Shown here piece by piece: positions 38,731 to 49,400 of a stretch of 64,000 nucleotides of DNA. The notes beneath the pieces are model-generated. The model did not search any database. It was not told the DNA's origin and was given only the letters and a program-made list of their open reading frames with translations. The position numbers and the translations under genes are program-made. Position 1 is the stretch's first letter. Each line of letters starts with the position of its first letter. This DNA comes from Nitrospiraceae bacterium. Lineage in GTDB: Bacteria; Nitrospirota; Nitrospiria; Nitrospirales; Nitrospiraceae. Location: assembly GCA_050246315.1 (NCBI GenBank), contig JBFWWG010000013.1:32001-96000 (forward strand), given 5' to 3'.

Positions 38731-39063
38731 CTAGGCGGGGTGGTCCCTTGTCAGACTTCCCACCGCCGTCTGCTGCGTGGAGGAGGCGGTCGTGTGAAGG
38801 GTCGCTTCCAGCTCCTGAATACGAGTTTCCTGACTCTTGATCAGCGATTCCAGGCGACGCAGCTCTTTGGCCCGCCGAAGGCGGGGACCGATGGAGACGA
38901 GCAGGGCAAGGAGGGTCCCCAGCAGCATGGCTCCTAAGATAATCAGGACGAGTGAAGCCTGATAGTCCCACAGCAGAAACTGGACGGTCACGACATCCGT
39001 ATTTTGCAGTGCGAAGGTCGCGGCGACCAGGAGGAGGATCAGCGCAACAATGAGGGAGGGCAT
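38731..39063 (-). CDS. LapA-family (DUF1049) membrane protein
   Basis: FALQNTDVVTVQFLLW, a second TM helix and a C-terminal coiled coil. Confidence 0.8.
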   Translation of the reverse strand: MPSLIVALILLLVAATFALQNTDVVTVQFLLWDYQASLVLIILGAMLLGTLLALLVSIGPRLRRAKELRRLESLIKSQETRIQELEATLHTTASSTQQTAVGSLTRDHPA

Positions 39064-39364
39064 GGGTGGCGTCCTATTTCTCATTTGAGTGGCTCGGGCC
39101 CGGCCACAAACTTGTGCCCCTCGTCGTACACGGATGAACAGGAAGCATGCATAACAGGATTCCCGGGACAGGCCAACGCCATGTCGGTGGATGACGAGGC
39201 TGGCTGAACGCGACGTCAGAGGCCCGCAGCATCACGATCTTGAAGATCCACTGGCCGTTCGTTACCTTGAGGCTGTACTTCGTCGCTGTGTTGGTGTGGG
39301 TTCTGTATAACAGATCCGGTCACGGTGATCCATAGGTTGCCGAGTGGTGAGACGCTGACGATTG

Positions 39365-40255
39365 TCAGCGGGGGCGGCGTTTTTTTGGCACGGAGGTTGG
39401 TGCGATGTCGGCTTGGTCTGGTTGTACAACGGCCAGCACGGCGCGGTTCCAGCCGGCAGGGCCGATTCCCTCTGCCCTGAGAAGATTTGACAATTGAATG
39501 TTTGGGTCGTAGGACCCGTCCGACCGCGCGATGAGTACGGGGTGATCGACAACCCGCAACATCGGCAGGTCGTTCACGCTGTCGCCCAACGCAACCGACA
39601 TGAGGCCCTGTGACGTTTCCGGCCGCTGACGGCGGTATCGTTCGATGAGATGCAGACAAGCTCGACCTTTGTCGCTGTCTCCCATCAAGTGGTGGAATCG
39701 ACCTCCATGCGTCACCGTTAGGCCGCGATCTCGAGCCTCCCGCTGAACCTCCGTCACCAAACTGCCTGGTCCCTCGATCAAGAACGGTTCGTCGTATTCT
39801 CGTTGCCGTGCGAGATGCACCTCCGCTTCACAGAGCCCCGTCCGTTCGGCGATTTCTTCCACCGACATATCTCCAAATCCCCTGAGTTGCACGCCGACCG
39901 CCTGTTCTAGCTCGCGCAGAGCCTGTCGCAAAAGGGCATAAGGCGTTCCGAGTTCGATGACTTCATAGTCGTCTCGCTGGACGGCCTCATCCGGGGAGAT
40001 GGAGAAATAGCCTTCCGGGGAAAAGACGGCTCCGCCGTTTTCGCTCACGAAGGGATGGGGGAGCTGTAATTGCGATCGAATCGCTTCCAACTCGGCTCTG
40101 GTCTTGCTGGACACCAGCACCAGGGGGATGTGGCGCGCCTGCAAAGTCGCCAGGGCCTCCCGAGCCGGTTCCCATGAATAGGTGATCCCGTCGAGCAGAC
40201 AGCCGTCAAGGTCAGTGAAAACGACGACAGGAGGAGGATCCGTCGAAGCGCTCAT
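39365..40255 (-). CDS. mpgP: Mannosyl/glucosyl-3-phosphoglycerate phosphatase (HAD-IIB)
   Basis: FTDLDGCLL, SSKTRAE, ENGG, REYDEPF, GGRFHH, DKG, LGDSVNDLPML. Confidence 0.9.
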   Translation of the reverse strand: MSASTDPPPVVVFTDLDGCLLDGITYSWEPAREALATLQARHIPLVLVSSKTRAELEAIRSQLQLPHPFVSENGGAVFSPEGYFSISPDEAVQRDDYEVIELGTPYALLRQALRELEQAVGVQLRGFGDMSVEEIAERTGLCEAEVHLARQREYDEPFLIEGPGSLVTEVQREARDRGLTVTHGGRFHHLMGDSDKGRACLHLIERYRRQRPETSQGLMSVALGDSVNDLPMLRVVDHPVLIARSDGSYDPNIQLSNLLRAEGIGPAGWNRAVLAVVQPDQADIAPTSVPKKRRPR

Positions 40256-40300
40256 CCTGGAGACTACGTTACTGAAACCATCGGTTCTCCGCAAGTCCGG

Positions 40301-43300
40301 TCACAGATTCATGCTGGATGACGAAGACATCGTCTCGTCGGGCCGGGCATCCGATCGTAGGATCTCGGGAGAAGGAAGGGCGGCGGGCGTGGCGCGTAGG
40401 ATCGGGTCCTCAAACCAACGGAACAGAGCCGGAAGCACGACCAAGGTGAGGAGCGTCGAACTGAGTACGCCACCGATTACGACGATGGCCAGCGGACGCT
40501 GCACTTCCGCTCCGATGCCCCGGGCGAAGGCCAACGGGAGCAGACCCAGGAGCGTTGTCAGCGCGGTCATGATCACAGGACGGAGCCGATGCAGGCAGCC
40601 GGTGGTCACCGCTTCCTCATGGGAGAAGCCCCGCTGCCGGAGCTCGTGAATGTGGGACACGAGCACGATCCCGTTGCCGACCGCCACGCCGAAGAGATCG
40701 ATGAAGCCCAGCGAGGCTGGGACGCTGATGTACTCCCCTGTCACCCACAGGGCAAGGACGCCGCCGATCAGCGCCAGCGGGACGTTCAGGATGATCAGCG
40801 CGGCATACCGGAGAGAGGTGAGCGACGAGAAGAGCAGGAGAAAGATCAGTGCGATTGTGACGGGCACAACAATCAGCAGGCGGTCCATCGCGCGCTGCAT
40901 GTTTTCAAAGGCTCCGCCCCAGGTGAGGCGGTACCCGTTCGGAAGATCGACTTCCACGAAGATCCTCTGCTGCGCCTCTGCGACGACGCTCGCGACGTCG
41001 CGATTTGTGATGTTGAACCCGATTGCGATTCGACGTCGCAGGTCCTCCCGGCTGATGAGCGCCGGTCCTTCCTTCAACTCAATGGCCGCGAGGTCACTCA
41101 AGGGGATGGGGACTCCATGAGGATCCCGAACCAGGATGTTGCCGATCGCCGCCGGGGTCGATCGAGCTCGGGGAGGAAACCGCAAGACGAGATCGAATCG
41201 GCGTTCCCCTTCGTAGACCTGTGTGGCCGGCATGCCGCCGACAGCCGTGGCGATCAGCGTCTGCACATCGGCGACGTTGATGCCATGTCGGGCGATCTTC
41301 GATCGGTCGATGGAGACCGTGAGGTACGATTGCCCGAACAGTTGCTCCATTTTCACGTCCTGGATGCCGTCGATCGTCTTCAGGATCGATACCACCTGCT
41401 CAGCTTTGTCTTTCAGTAGGGCGAGGTCTTCACCGAAGATTTTTACGGCGACTTCCGTCCGAATGCCGGAGATCAGTTCGTCCACGCGCTCCTGAATCGG
41501 CTGGCTCATGAGCAGGGCGATGCCGGGGATGTCGGCCAGGCGCTGCCGCATGAGGGCGATCAGTCCGTCCTTGCTCGCAGCCGAAGTCCATGATGACTGG
41601 GGGGTCAAGGTGACTACCGGATCGCTCTCGTTGGGCTCCTCCGGAGTCGTCGCAATCTCGGATCGGCCGATCTTGCTGACGATGCTCTGCACTTCGGGGA
41701 ATGAGCCGAGCGCCGCATGAACTTGCCGCTCGAGCTCGATGGAGTGAGAGAGGGAGACGCTGGGATGTCGAATGATCTGAGGGGTCAGCGCACCCTCGAA
41801 GAGAATTGGGACAAACTCTCGTCCGAGAAATGGAATCAGGGTCAGCGTGATGAGAAACAGCGCGACCGCAATGCTCAAGACCGCCATCCGCTTCGACAGC
41901 GCCCACCGCAAGACGGGCAGGTAGCGTGCTTTGAGCCATCGGAGCATGGCCATGTCCTCCTGATAGCCGGTCTTGAGAACCAACGAACACAGGACCGGGG
42001 TCAAGGTCAGCGACAAGACCAGCGACACGAGCAGCGAGATGACCATCGTATAGGCCAGAGGCTGGAACATCTTGCCCTCCATGCCGTGGAGGGTCAGGAG
42101 CGGCAGGAACACGACGAGCAGAATCAGGATACTGAAGGAGATCGGCCGCGCGACTTCCCCGGCTGCCTCGAAGACGATGCTCAACCGATCACGCGCTGAC
42201 GCGGTCCGTTCGGTGAGATATCGATGGGCATTTTCGACCACGACGATGGAGCCGTCCGCGATCTCCCCGATGGCGATGGCCATCCCGCCCAGCGTCATGA
42301 GATTGGCGCTCAGGCCGACATGGTCCATGATGATGAAGCTGACGAGCGGGGTGAGAAAGAGAATGCCGGTCACGATGACCGCAGCTCGGAAGTTGCCGAG
42401 GAACGGGATCGACATCAGCAGGAGGAGTCCGATGCCTTCCACCAACGCATCGTACACGGTTCGAAGGGCGGCGGTGATCAGGCCAATGCGATCGTAGAAC
42501 GGGATGATCCGAATCCCGTCAGGAAGCAGCCCTTTGCGATGGATCTCGTCCACCCGTGCCTTGACGCCGGTCACCACTTCGCGCGCGTTGGAACCCCGCA
42601 GCATGAGGACGATGCCGGCCACGACTTCCTGTCCGTTGAGGAGCGCGGCGCCGTGCCGGACGGCATGCCCGATCTGCACGGCCGCAATGTCACGGACCAA
42701 GATCGGAGTGCCGTGTTCCTCTTTGACAACGATATTCTCGAGGTCCGTGAGTGTCCGGATCAGTCCGATGCCACGGACGATGAACTTTTCCTCATGCCGT
42801 TCCAGGATGTTGCCGCCGGTATTTTGGTTGTTCTTGGAGACGGCGTCGAAGATGTCCTGGAGGGCCAGGTTGTATTTCCTGAGCCGATCGGGGTCTACGA
42901 TCACCTGATACTGTTTGACGAACCCACCCAGGGAATTGATCTCGATCACGCCGGGCTGGCCTTTGAGAAGGGGGCGGATCACCCAGTCCTGGACCGTGCG
43001 CATCGCCCTCAGTTGTTCTGTTCGCGCATCCGGATGGTCGCCTGGGTCCGGGCCGTCGAGGTAGTACTGGTAGACCTCGCCGAGTCCCGTGGTAACGGGC
43101 ACCATGACGGGTTCGATACCAGCCGGGAGCCGGCCCTTCACCTCGATCAATCGCTCCAATACCACTTGGCGGGCGAAGTAGACGTCGATGTCGTCCTCGA
43201 AGACCGCTGTAAGCTGAGCCAGTCCGAACTTGGACATGGATCGGATTTCCATGAGCCCCGGGAGCCCAGTGAGCTGGATTTCAATCGGGATGGTGACGAA

Positions 43301-43489
43301 TCGTTCGACGTCCGCGGGCGATTGTCCAGGGACTTGGACTGCCACCTGCACTTGTACATTCGTCACGTCGGGGAAGGCATCGATCGGGATCCTCTGAAAC
43401 GCGTGGAGTCCCCAGGCCGCGAGGAAACAGGCAAGCCCGATGATCAGCAGACGTTGACGAAGCGAAAACGTGAGGATCGCGGCGATCAC
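40301..43489 (-). CDS. czcA: Second heavy-metal efflux RND transporter (CusA/CzcA family)
   Basis: IDAFPDVTNVQVQV, TGLGEVYQY, AIGEIADGSIVVVEN, RLRPVIMTA, GAEVQRPLA. Confidence 0.95.
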   Translation of the reverse strand: MIAAILTFSLRQRLLIIGLACFLAAWGLHAFQRIPIDAFPDVTNVQVQVAVQVPGQSPADVERFVTIPIEIQLTGLPGLMEIRSMSKFGLAQLTAVFEDDIDVYFARQVVLERLIEVKGRLPAGIEPVMVPVTTGLGEVYQYYLDGPDPGDHPDARTEQLRAMRTVQDWVIRPLLKGQPGVIEINSLGGFVKQYQVIVDPDRLRKYNLALQDIFDAVSKNNQNTGGNILERHEEKFIVRGIGLIRTLTDLENIVVKEEHGTPILVRDIAAVQIGHAVRHGAALLNGQEVVAGIVLMLRGSNAREVVTGVKARVDEIHRKGLLPDGIRIIPFYDRIGLITAALRTVYDALVEGIGLLLLMSIPFLGNFRAAVIVTGILFLTPLVSFIIMDHVGLSANLMTLGGMAIAIGEIADGSIVVVENAHRYLTERTASARDRLSIVFEAAGEVARPISFSILILLVVFLPLLTLHGMEGKMFQPLAYTMVISLLVSLVLSLTLTPVLCSLVLKTGYQEDMAMLRWLKARYLPVLRWALSKRMAVLSIAVALFLITLTLIPFLGREFVPILFEGALTPQIIRHPSVSLSHSIELERQVHAALGSFPEVQSIVSKIGRSEIATTPEEPNESDPVVTLTPQSSWTSAASKDGLIALMRQRLADIPGIALLMSQPIQERVDELISGIRTEVAVKIFGEDLALLKDKAEQVVSILKTIDGIQDVKMEQLFGQSYLTVSIDRSKIARHGINVADVQTLIATAVGGMPATQVYEGERRFDLVLRFPPRARSTPAAIGNILVRDPHGVPIPLSDLAAIELKEGPALISREDLRRRIAIGFNITNRDVASVVAEAQQRIFVEVDLPNGYRLTWGGAFENMQRAMDRLLIVVPVTIALIFLLLFSSLTSLRYAALIILNVPLALIGGVLALWVTGEYISVPASLGFIDLFGVAVGNGIVLVSHIHELRQRGFSHEEAVTTGCLHRLRPVIMTALTTLLGLLPLAFARGIGAEVQRPLAIVVIGGVLSSTLLTLVVLPALFRWFEDPILRATPAALPSPEILRSDARPDETMSSSSSMNL

Positions 43490-44676
43490 TGTATGACCAT
43501 GGGATGTTGACGAGCCGCCAATTCTGATTTCAGACGAAAGGCGCCCTCCACAACGACCGGGTCTCCCGCGCGCAGCCCGGTGAGTACTTTCACCAGTCCA
43601 TCGGTTTCTTCTCCAAGGGTGACCGGACGCCGTTCGAAGGCATGGTCCTCAACTTGAATGAAAACGATGCTCTCCCCACGGTCGTGCACCACGGCGGTGG
43701 CTGGGATCGTAAGGATGTCGGGTTCCGGGTTTGTCCAGAGCCGGACTTTGGCGAACATCTCGGGCCTGAGTCGCTTGTGTGGGTTCGTGACCACCACCCG
43801 GAGACGAACGGTACGCGTGGCGGGATCCAAGACGTCGCTGATATAGCCGATATGCCCCTCGAACGATTCCCCAGGGTAGGCCGTGATCTCCACCTCGACT
43901 TTTTGGTCCGCCTGTACGAAAGCGATGTCCTTCTCTGGAATATGGGCGATGACCCAAATATTGGAGAGATCCGCGATGGTGAAAAGCTGATCGGTCATCT
44001 CGACGACCTCACCTCGGACGATGTTCCGCGCGATAATGCGGCCGGCGAACGGCGCGCGGATGAAGACGGTCGAGCGGATGGTTTCGTCGCGGCGCAGCCG
44101 GGCGATCTCATTTTCCTGCATGCCGAGGAGACGGAGCCGGTCGTGAGCCTCCCGCAATTCCGACCGGGCAGTGAGCCGCTCCCCTTCGCGCCGCTGATAC
44201 TCGGCCTGTCCGATCACCTTCTCTTCCAACAACACCGTGGCCCGCTGAAAGGCGCGCTCGGCCACCGTCATTTTCGCGTGGGCTCTGAGGTAGCTTGCCT
44301 GGGACAGTCCCAACTCACTGCTCTGCAAAGTGGCCAGCAATGCCCCGGCCCCGACATCTTGGCCGAAGTCCACTAGGACTTCGTCGGCCCTGCCTCGTAC
44401 CAGGGTCGTGATCTCCGCCATCCGGTTGGCATCCGCCTGGATTGTGGCAGGAAACTCGCGAGAGACCCGAAAGTCGCGGGTGGTCACCGGGGCGATTCGC
44501 AGCGCAGCCTTCGCGGCAGTTTCAGGCGTCAACCGCAAGAGATTCGTCGGTGGATCAGGTGTCCGTGTCTTGTCGCCGGATGCTTCTTGAGGAGGGCCAT
44601 CACAGGCAGCCGTCAAGAAGATAGCGCAGAAAATGGTTATGAGTGACCATTTGCAACCCTGCTCTCCCTGATTCAT
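43486..44676 (-). CDS. czcB: Second RND periplasmic adaptor (CzcB-like)
   Basis: Lipobox TAAC, ITTLVRGR, RAPFAG, ADLSNIWV, LRPEMF; overlaps the czcA start; start uncertain (up to 44757). Confidence 0.9.
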   Translation of the reverse strand: MNQGEQGCKWSLITIFCAIFLTAACDGPPQEASGDKTRTPDPPTNLLRLTPETAAKAALRIAPVTTRDFRVSREFPATIQADANRMAEITTLVRGRADEVLVDFGQDVGAGALLATLQSSELGLSQASYLRAHAKMTVAERAFQRATVLLEEKVIGQAEYQRREGERLTARSELREAHDRLRLLGMQENEIARLRRDETIRSTVFIRAPFAGRIIARNIVRGEVVEMTDQLFTIADLSNIWVIAHIPEKDIAFVQADQKVEVEITAYPGESFEGHIGYISDVLDPATRTVRLRVVVTNPHKRLRPEMFAKVRLWTNPEPDILTIPATAVVHDRGESIVFIQVEDHAFERRPVTLGEETDGLVKVLTGLRAGDPVVVEGAFRLKSELAARQHPMVIQ

Positions 44677-45040
44677 GCTCAAAGAGACTCGGGTTGCATT
44701 GAAACCGGTTGCCCAAAGGCGTGGAAAAAGTGGATAGAGGGCACGGCCGATAATCATGTCAGGACATTCGGTGGTCTCCTCGTTTTCCGGCTACACAATC
44801 AACCATGCTTAGAACAGGAGTCTGGTAAAGAACCCTGTAATTTCTCACATAAATCCACTGGAGATCTCAGCAACTCGTATGCCGTAATAAGGTGCTGAAT
44901 TCTCAGATGATGATCGGTAGGCAAGAGAAGTTCTGCCACCTCTACTGGATTGGCGTTGGGGCAAAACGCCACCATCGCAGGTCGCATGCTCGCTCGGCCG
45001 CCCAACGGGGGCCGGTGCTCCTGCATGCTACACTTGGCCC

Positions 45041-45535
45041 ATGCCGATCTCGGGAACGTTTTTCAAACGAGTGACGCTGTGGCTCCTCGCCATCATGGTG
45101 CCCGGCGCTGTGTATGGGGCGGAGTTCCGTACGGACGTGTTCCGAGTGATCGACGGTGACACCCTCGAAATCCGTCATCATGGGCGGTCAGAGCGAGTCC
45201 GTGTCGAGGGAATTGATTGTCCCGAGTTAACGCAACCGTATGGGAAGCAGGCAAAACGGGCGGTGATGGCGCTGGTTATTGGATCTTCGGTGACCCTGAA
45301 AACCTATGGACGAAGCCGGGACGGCTCGGTCCGCGCCGATGTGATCATTGCGAACGGACGCCAACTCAGCCAGATCCTGCTGGAGGAAGGCCTAGCCTGG
45401 AGGGTCACGACGGTGGATTCCTCCGGAAGTGACTTAGAAGAGGGGGCACGCTATGCCAAACGAGGCCTCTGGGCCGATCCCGATCCGACTCCTCCCTGGA
45501 AGTTTCGAGCTGCGCAGGTTCGAAAGCGCCGCTGA
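45041..45535 (+). CDS. Exported thermonuclease (SNase) family protein
   Basis: Signal peptide, VIDGDTL, GIDCPE, QPYG, EGLAW, KRGLWAD..P.PPWKFR. Confidence 0.88.
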   Translation: MPISGTFFKRVTLWLLAIMVPGAVYGAEFRTDVFRVIDGDTLEIRHHGRSERVRVEGIDCPELTQPYGKQAKRAVMALVIGSSVTLKTYGRSRDGSVRADVIIANGRQLSQILLEEGLAWRVTTVDSSGSDLEEGARYAKRGLWADPDPTPPWKFRAAQVRKRR

Positions 45536-45736
45536 ACGGATCACTGTTCTTGCTCCGTTCGGCGTTCCTGCGTTTTTGTAGTCCCGGCTTCCCCTCGCAC
45601 ACCGACTCGTTTCTTCCGTCCTCCCAGGATCTGTCAGAACTCGATCCTCATTCCCGGTCACTCCTCCGGCTTAAGGTGGCAGTCGGGGCGGGTGAGCGCG
45701 CGGCCTATGCTACACTTAGCCATGGGCAGATCGTCG

Positions 45737-46156
45737 ATGGATCAACAGGACATTCAGACCAAAGTCCAGGCCTTCGCGCAACGGCTGCTGATGGAGGCCA
45801 AAGGTGACGCAATTCGCGCTCTGGGGTTGCTCGTATTGGTGCTGGATGGCGTTGACACTCAGGACGTGAACATGGTGAATCGACTGATCTCGGAGGTTCG
45901 CAGGATCCTGATGCCATCTTCCTCCTCTCCGACCGTATTGCAACCTTCTGAAGAGGAGCCGCCGATCCAGCACCTGGCGGGAGATCTTTCGTGGGAAGGG
46001 ATTCAGCATTGCATACGATGCGGGAAGGTGCTCGTCCGCGACGGGCAGAGGCATGGCGGCGGTCTACCCCCCGGGTATGTATACCAAGTTGGTACCCACT
46101 ATCGAGTCGAAGACTTTGTCGATTTCAGATCCTGCAAAGATGTGCTGCCCTTTTAG
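45737..46156 (+). CDS. Hypothetical protein with a C-terminal Cys/His cluster
   Basis: Helical N-domain, Ser/Pro linker, H..QHCIRCG...SC. Confidence 0.65.
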   Translation: MDQQDIQTKVQAFAQRLLMEAKGDAIRALGLLVLVLDGVDTQDVNMVNRLISEVRRILMPSSSSPTVLQPSEEEPPIQHLAGDLSWEGIQHCIRCGKVLVRDGQRHGGGLPPGYVYQVGTHYRVEDFVDFRSCKDVLPF

Positions 46157-46469
46157 AAGCCCGTTCTTCAAACAGTGAACCCACCTCCGATTCCTCTTCG
46201 ACTTGGCATCCTGATCACGGATGAACTTGTCCCGATCAAAATCGCACAGCAGGATGGCCGTATCTTCGTGATCGGATGCTAACCATTTGTTTTTCCTAAT
46301 TTTGCAAGCAGTGAGTTTAACAAAATGAGGGCACTTCCCTTGCAAGGCTCGGGTGGTCCCCTTCCGACTCATCCATCTCTCAACCTCTCAACCCCAAGGC
46401 GATCCCGGTATGCAGGCCAAGCGGGCTCGAAGCAGTCTCGTCCCTCTGGCGCTCTGCTAAGGTTGTACA

Positions 46470-49400
46470 GTGCGTGGTGATCGACGGTCCCCAACTCGGT
46501 CTGATAAGAAGGCTCCGGCCCGCGCTCATAAGCGAAGCCAGGGATCCGGCCCATCATCCTCCAAGAAATCCGCCCTTCTCGAAGAAGCGATCACCCACAT
46601 GAATGCCGGCCGCTATGGCCGATCGTCTTCCGTACTCAAGGAGTTGCTGACGATTGACCCCGCTAATCCGGAGGCGAAGCGGCTCTTCGCCACGCTACAG
46701 CTTCGGTTGGGGAGCCTGGTGACCGCCAGAAATGCTTTTCAGGCGTTGACGGATGAAGCGTTGGAACGACAGGACTATTGGCTTGCGGAGTCCTTATTAA
46801 GAGAATATTTGGTCGCCGGCCCCCGCTGCGTGCCGTTTGTGGAAAAGCTCGGTTCCGTCTTTGAACTCAAGGGCGATTTGGATGCCGCTGTAGAAGAGTA
46901 TGTCAAGGCGGTCGAGATCCTCGTCGAAGATCCCGATTCGGAACAGCCCGATTTTGCGGCTCGCTTGGTGACGAAGATTGCCCAACTGTCCCCGCACAAT
47001 CCGGTTCTGCTTCATTTGGAGTCCCTTTTGCGACAGGCGAAGGAACATCCGCGCGACGAGATGCCCATGGACGAGGACGGCACCCGGCCACGGTTGGCGC
47101 CGGGCCTGTCGGGTCTCGATCAACCGGCTACAGATGTCGAGTTTCGCATTCCGCCGGCCGAAGCGTCCTCCGATCACGAACGTGCGCGCCTACCATGGGA
47201 GGAGGAGGCCGACGATATTGTCGTGCCGCAGCAGCCGACGGCTGGTCAGGATGCTGGAGCTTCAACATCGAGTCAGGATGTTCCTGAGCAACCGGTGCAA
47301 CTGGTAGGCCTTGGCACGTTGCCGGTCCCGCACGATGTAGAGATTGCGGCGACGCATGCTCTCCTCTCGTCGGACCGGCCTGCCCCGCCATCGCCGGAGA
47401 ACACGCTTGCGGTAGCAGAACCGGAAAGCGTTCAGAGGAAGTGGTCTACAGTTCCGATACCCGAGTCGCCTCTCTCTGCTGACCCAAGGGTTGCGGAGAT
47501 CGGCCAGGAGGAGGTTCCTCCAGCCTCGTCAATCGGGGATACGGCGCTTATACCTGCTCAATTGAAAGATGGGGTCGAGCGGCCGGGAGCGCAACTCAAT
47601 GTCATCCCCGAGCCGGCAGAAATGGGCGAAACGTCTTCGGGGCTCACCGAGTTGAGGCTTCAGGAAGGACCGACCGACCAGGACCTTTTACCTGGGAGTC
47701 GGCCGGAGCCAACTCCGCTCGGCGGTGGATTGACGGCCACCGAAGAATCCCCCTCGGTTGAGATCCTCTTGCGTCAAGAGAACTCCGAGTCCGATCGACC
47801 CAACGAAGCGGTTCCCCCTCCGATGCCCTGGGAACAAGTGCAGGAAATTCGTCTGGAATCGATGCCGGTTGAGACAGCGGACAGGCTAGTTGTCGAGGAA
47901 GTTAACGAAGACCTCATCGCTGGCATCCTGCAACAGATCGACTTGCGAGAGCGCCTTGCCGGTGAATTGATGGGAGCCGCGATCCTAGAGGTTCCGGACC
48001 ACCCGCTTGCATCCGAACCCGCCGCATTGCCGGAGTTGGAACCCGTGTTGGATGTTCCGTCCACGGTATCGATCGGTAAGAGAGATGAAGCAGAGATAGC
48101 GCTCGTGACGCCGCCGGCCGATCCCTTGCCGGATGCGCCTTCAATGCCGTGCGTTACGGAACCAAAAGAGCCGTTCGACGCGGCACCAGCCTCTGAAATT
48201 GTAGCGGAAGGCAGTCCCCCGGCCACCTTGGTGGAGGAAGCATTCGACCGACCAGTCGAGACAAGCCAGCCTGGGGACATCGCGATACAGTCTGCGTGGC
48301 TCGACACAGCCCCGACACTTGCCCTGCCACAGGATACCGATACCGCGGTAGGATCCGCCGCTCAGATCGAATCGTCCGAGATTGTCAGAACCCGAGAGGA
48401 CAGCTCAAGGGAAGAGAATACTTCCGATTCGTCTTGGCCGCTGCCGGAATCCGAAGAGGCGCCAACGGCCGGAATGCCTACGTACCCATCCTATCTGGAT
48501 CAAGCGAGGGTCGTAGCCGATCCTGTAGTCCCCGCTATCCAAGAAGCTGCCGTGAAGGATTCGGACTACTCGGGAACAGAAACGCTGCTCGTCGGTGAAA
48601 CCGTTCCTGAATCACGGATCGGATCGGAACCTCAGTTGATTACCGACTTGGAAGGATCCCCTCCTGGATATTCAGAACCGGAGATTGTCGAAGCGGCCGA
48701 TCCCCTGTCTGTTGTCGGAGAGGGCACAGCGGCCTCTCCTGACTTGGCTGATCGCTATGGAAACCGCTCCGAACACGAGCGTCACCGGCAAGCAGGTGCG
48801 TTGGAAATGGGCCCTTCGATCGGACCAGAGGAGCAACTTCCGGAGGCGCCTCCCATTTCTGAATCATGGGTTGCGGAACCCGCGACTCCCTTCCAGTGCC
48901 GCTTGGTCCCAACGATCGCCGACGAAGCAAGTCGCGAAGAGGGGGCGACCACACAGCCCTGGCCGGTGCACCTTCGTTCGCGATCGGAATCAGAGCAACC
49001 CGCGGGCTCATTCGCTCCATTGGAATCTAGACGGCACGAGGACGAGCCGGTGGCCGCACGTCCTGCGCCGGTCACAGAACCATCGAGTAACCTCATCGCG
49101 ACGCTTGAACCTGCGACGGATAGAACGTTGGCCCAGAAGGAGGCCTCGGTCCAGTTCCAAGATTCACGAAAACCTTTAGCGACTGTTGGGCTCACGGACT
49201 CGACCGTTCGGCCGGCGTCGAGGCCTGTCACGGCGACGCTCTCCCGGTTCTTCTTGCGGGGCGCCCTTTTCATACGGTCTTGCTTTGCAACCGCCCACGC
49301 CGTGGCGGTGACTCTGATCAGTCTCACGCTCCTTTCCATGGGGTGTGCCATTCTCCTGGTCGGGGGATTGGGACTTGTCTGGTTAGGATTGGAAGAGAAA

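Noticed and set aside
39100..39364. Possible frameshifted beta-rich remnant (LTIVSVSP...TKYSLKVTNG)
   Set aside because: Too short, no start, and not assignable without a search
44799..45026. ORF upstream of the second czcB as a counterpart of the RPP uORF
   Set aside because: No signal peptide, no C-terminal RPP and no SD
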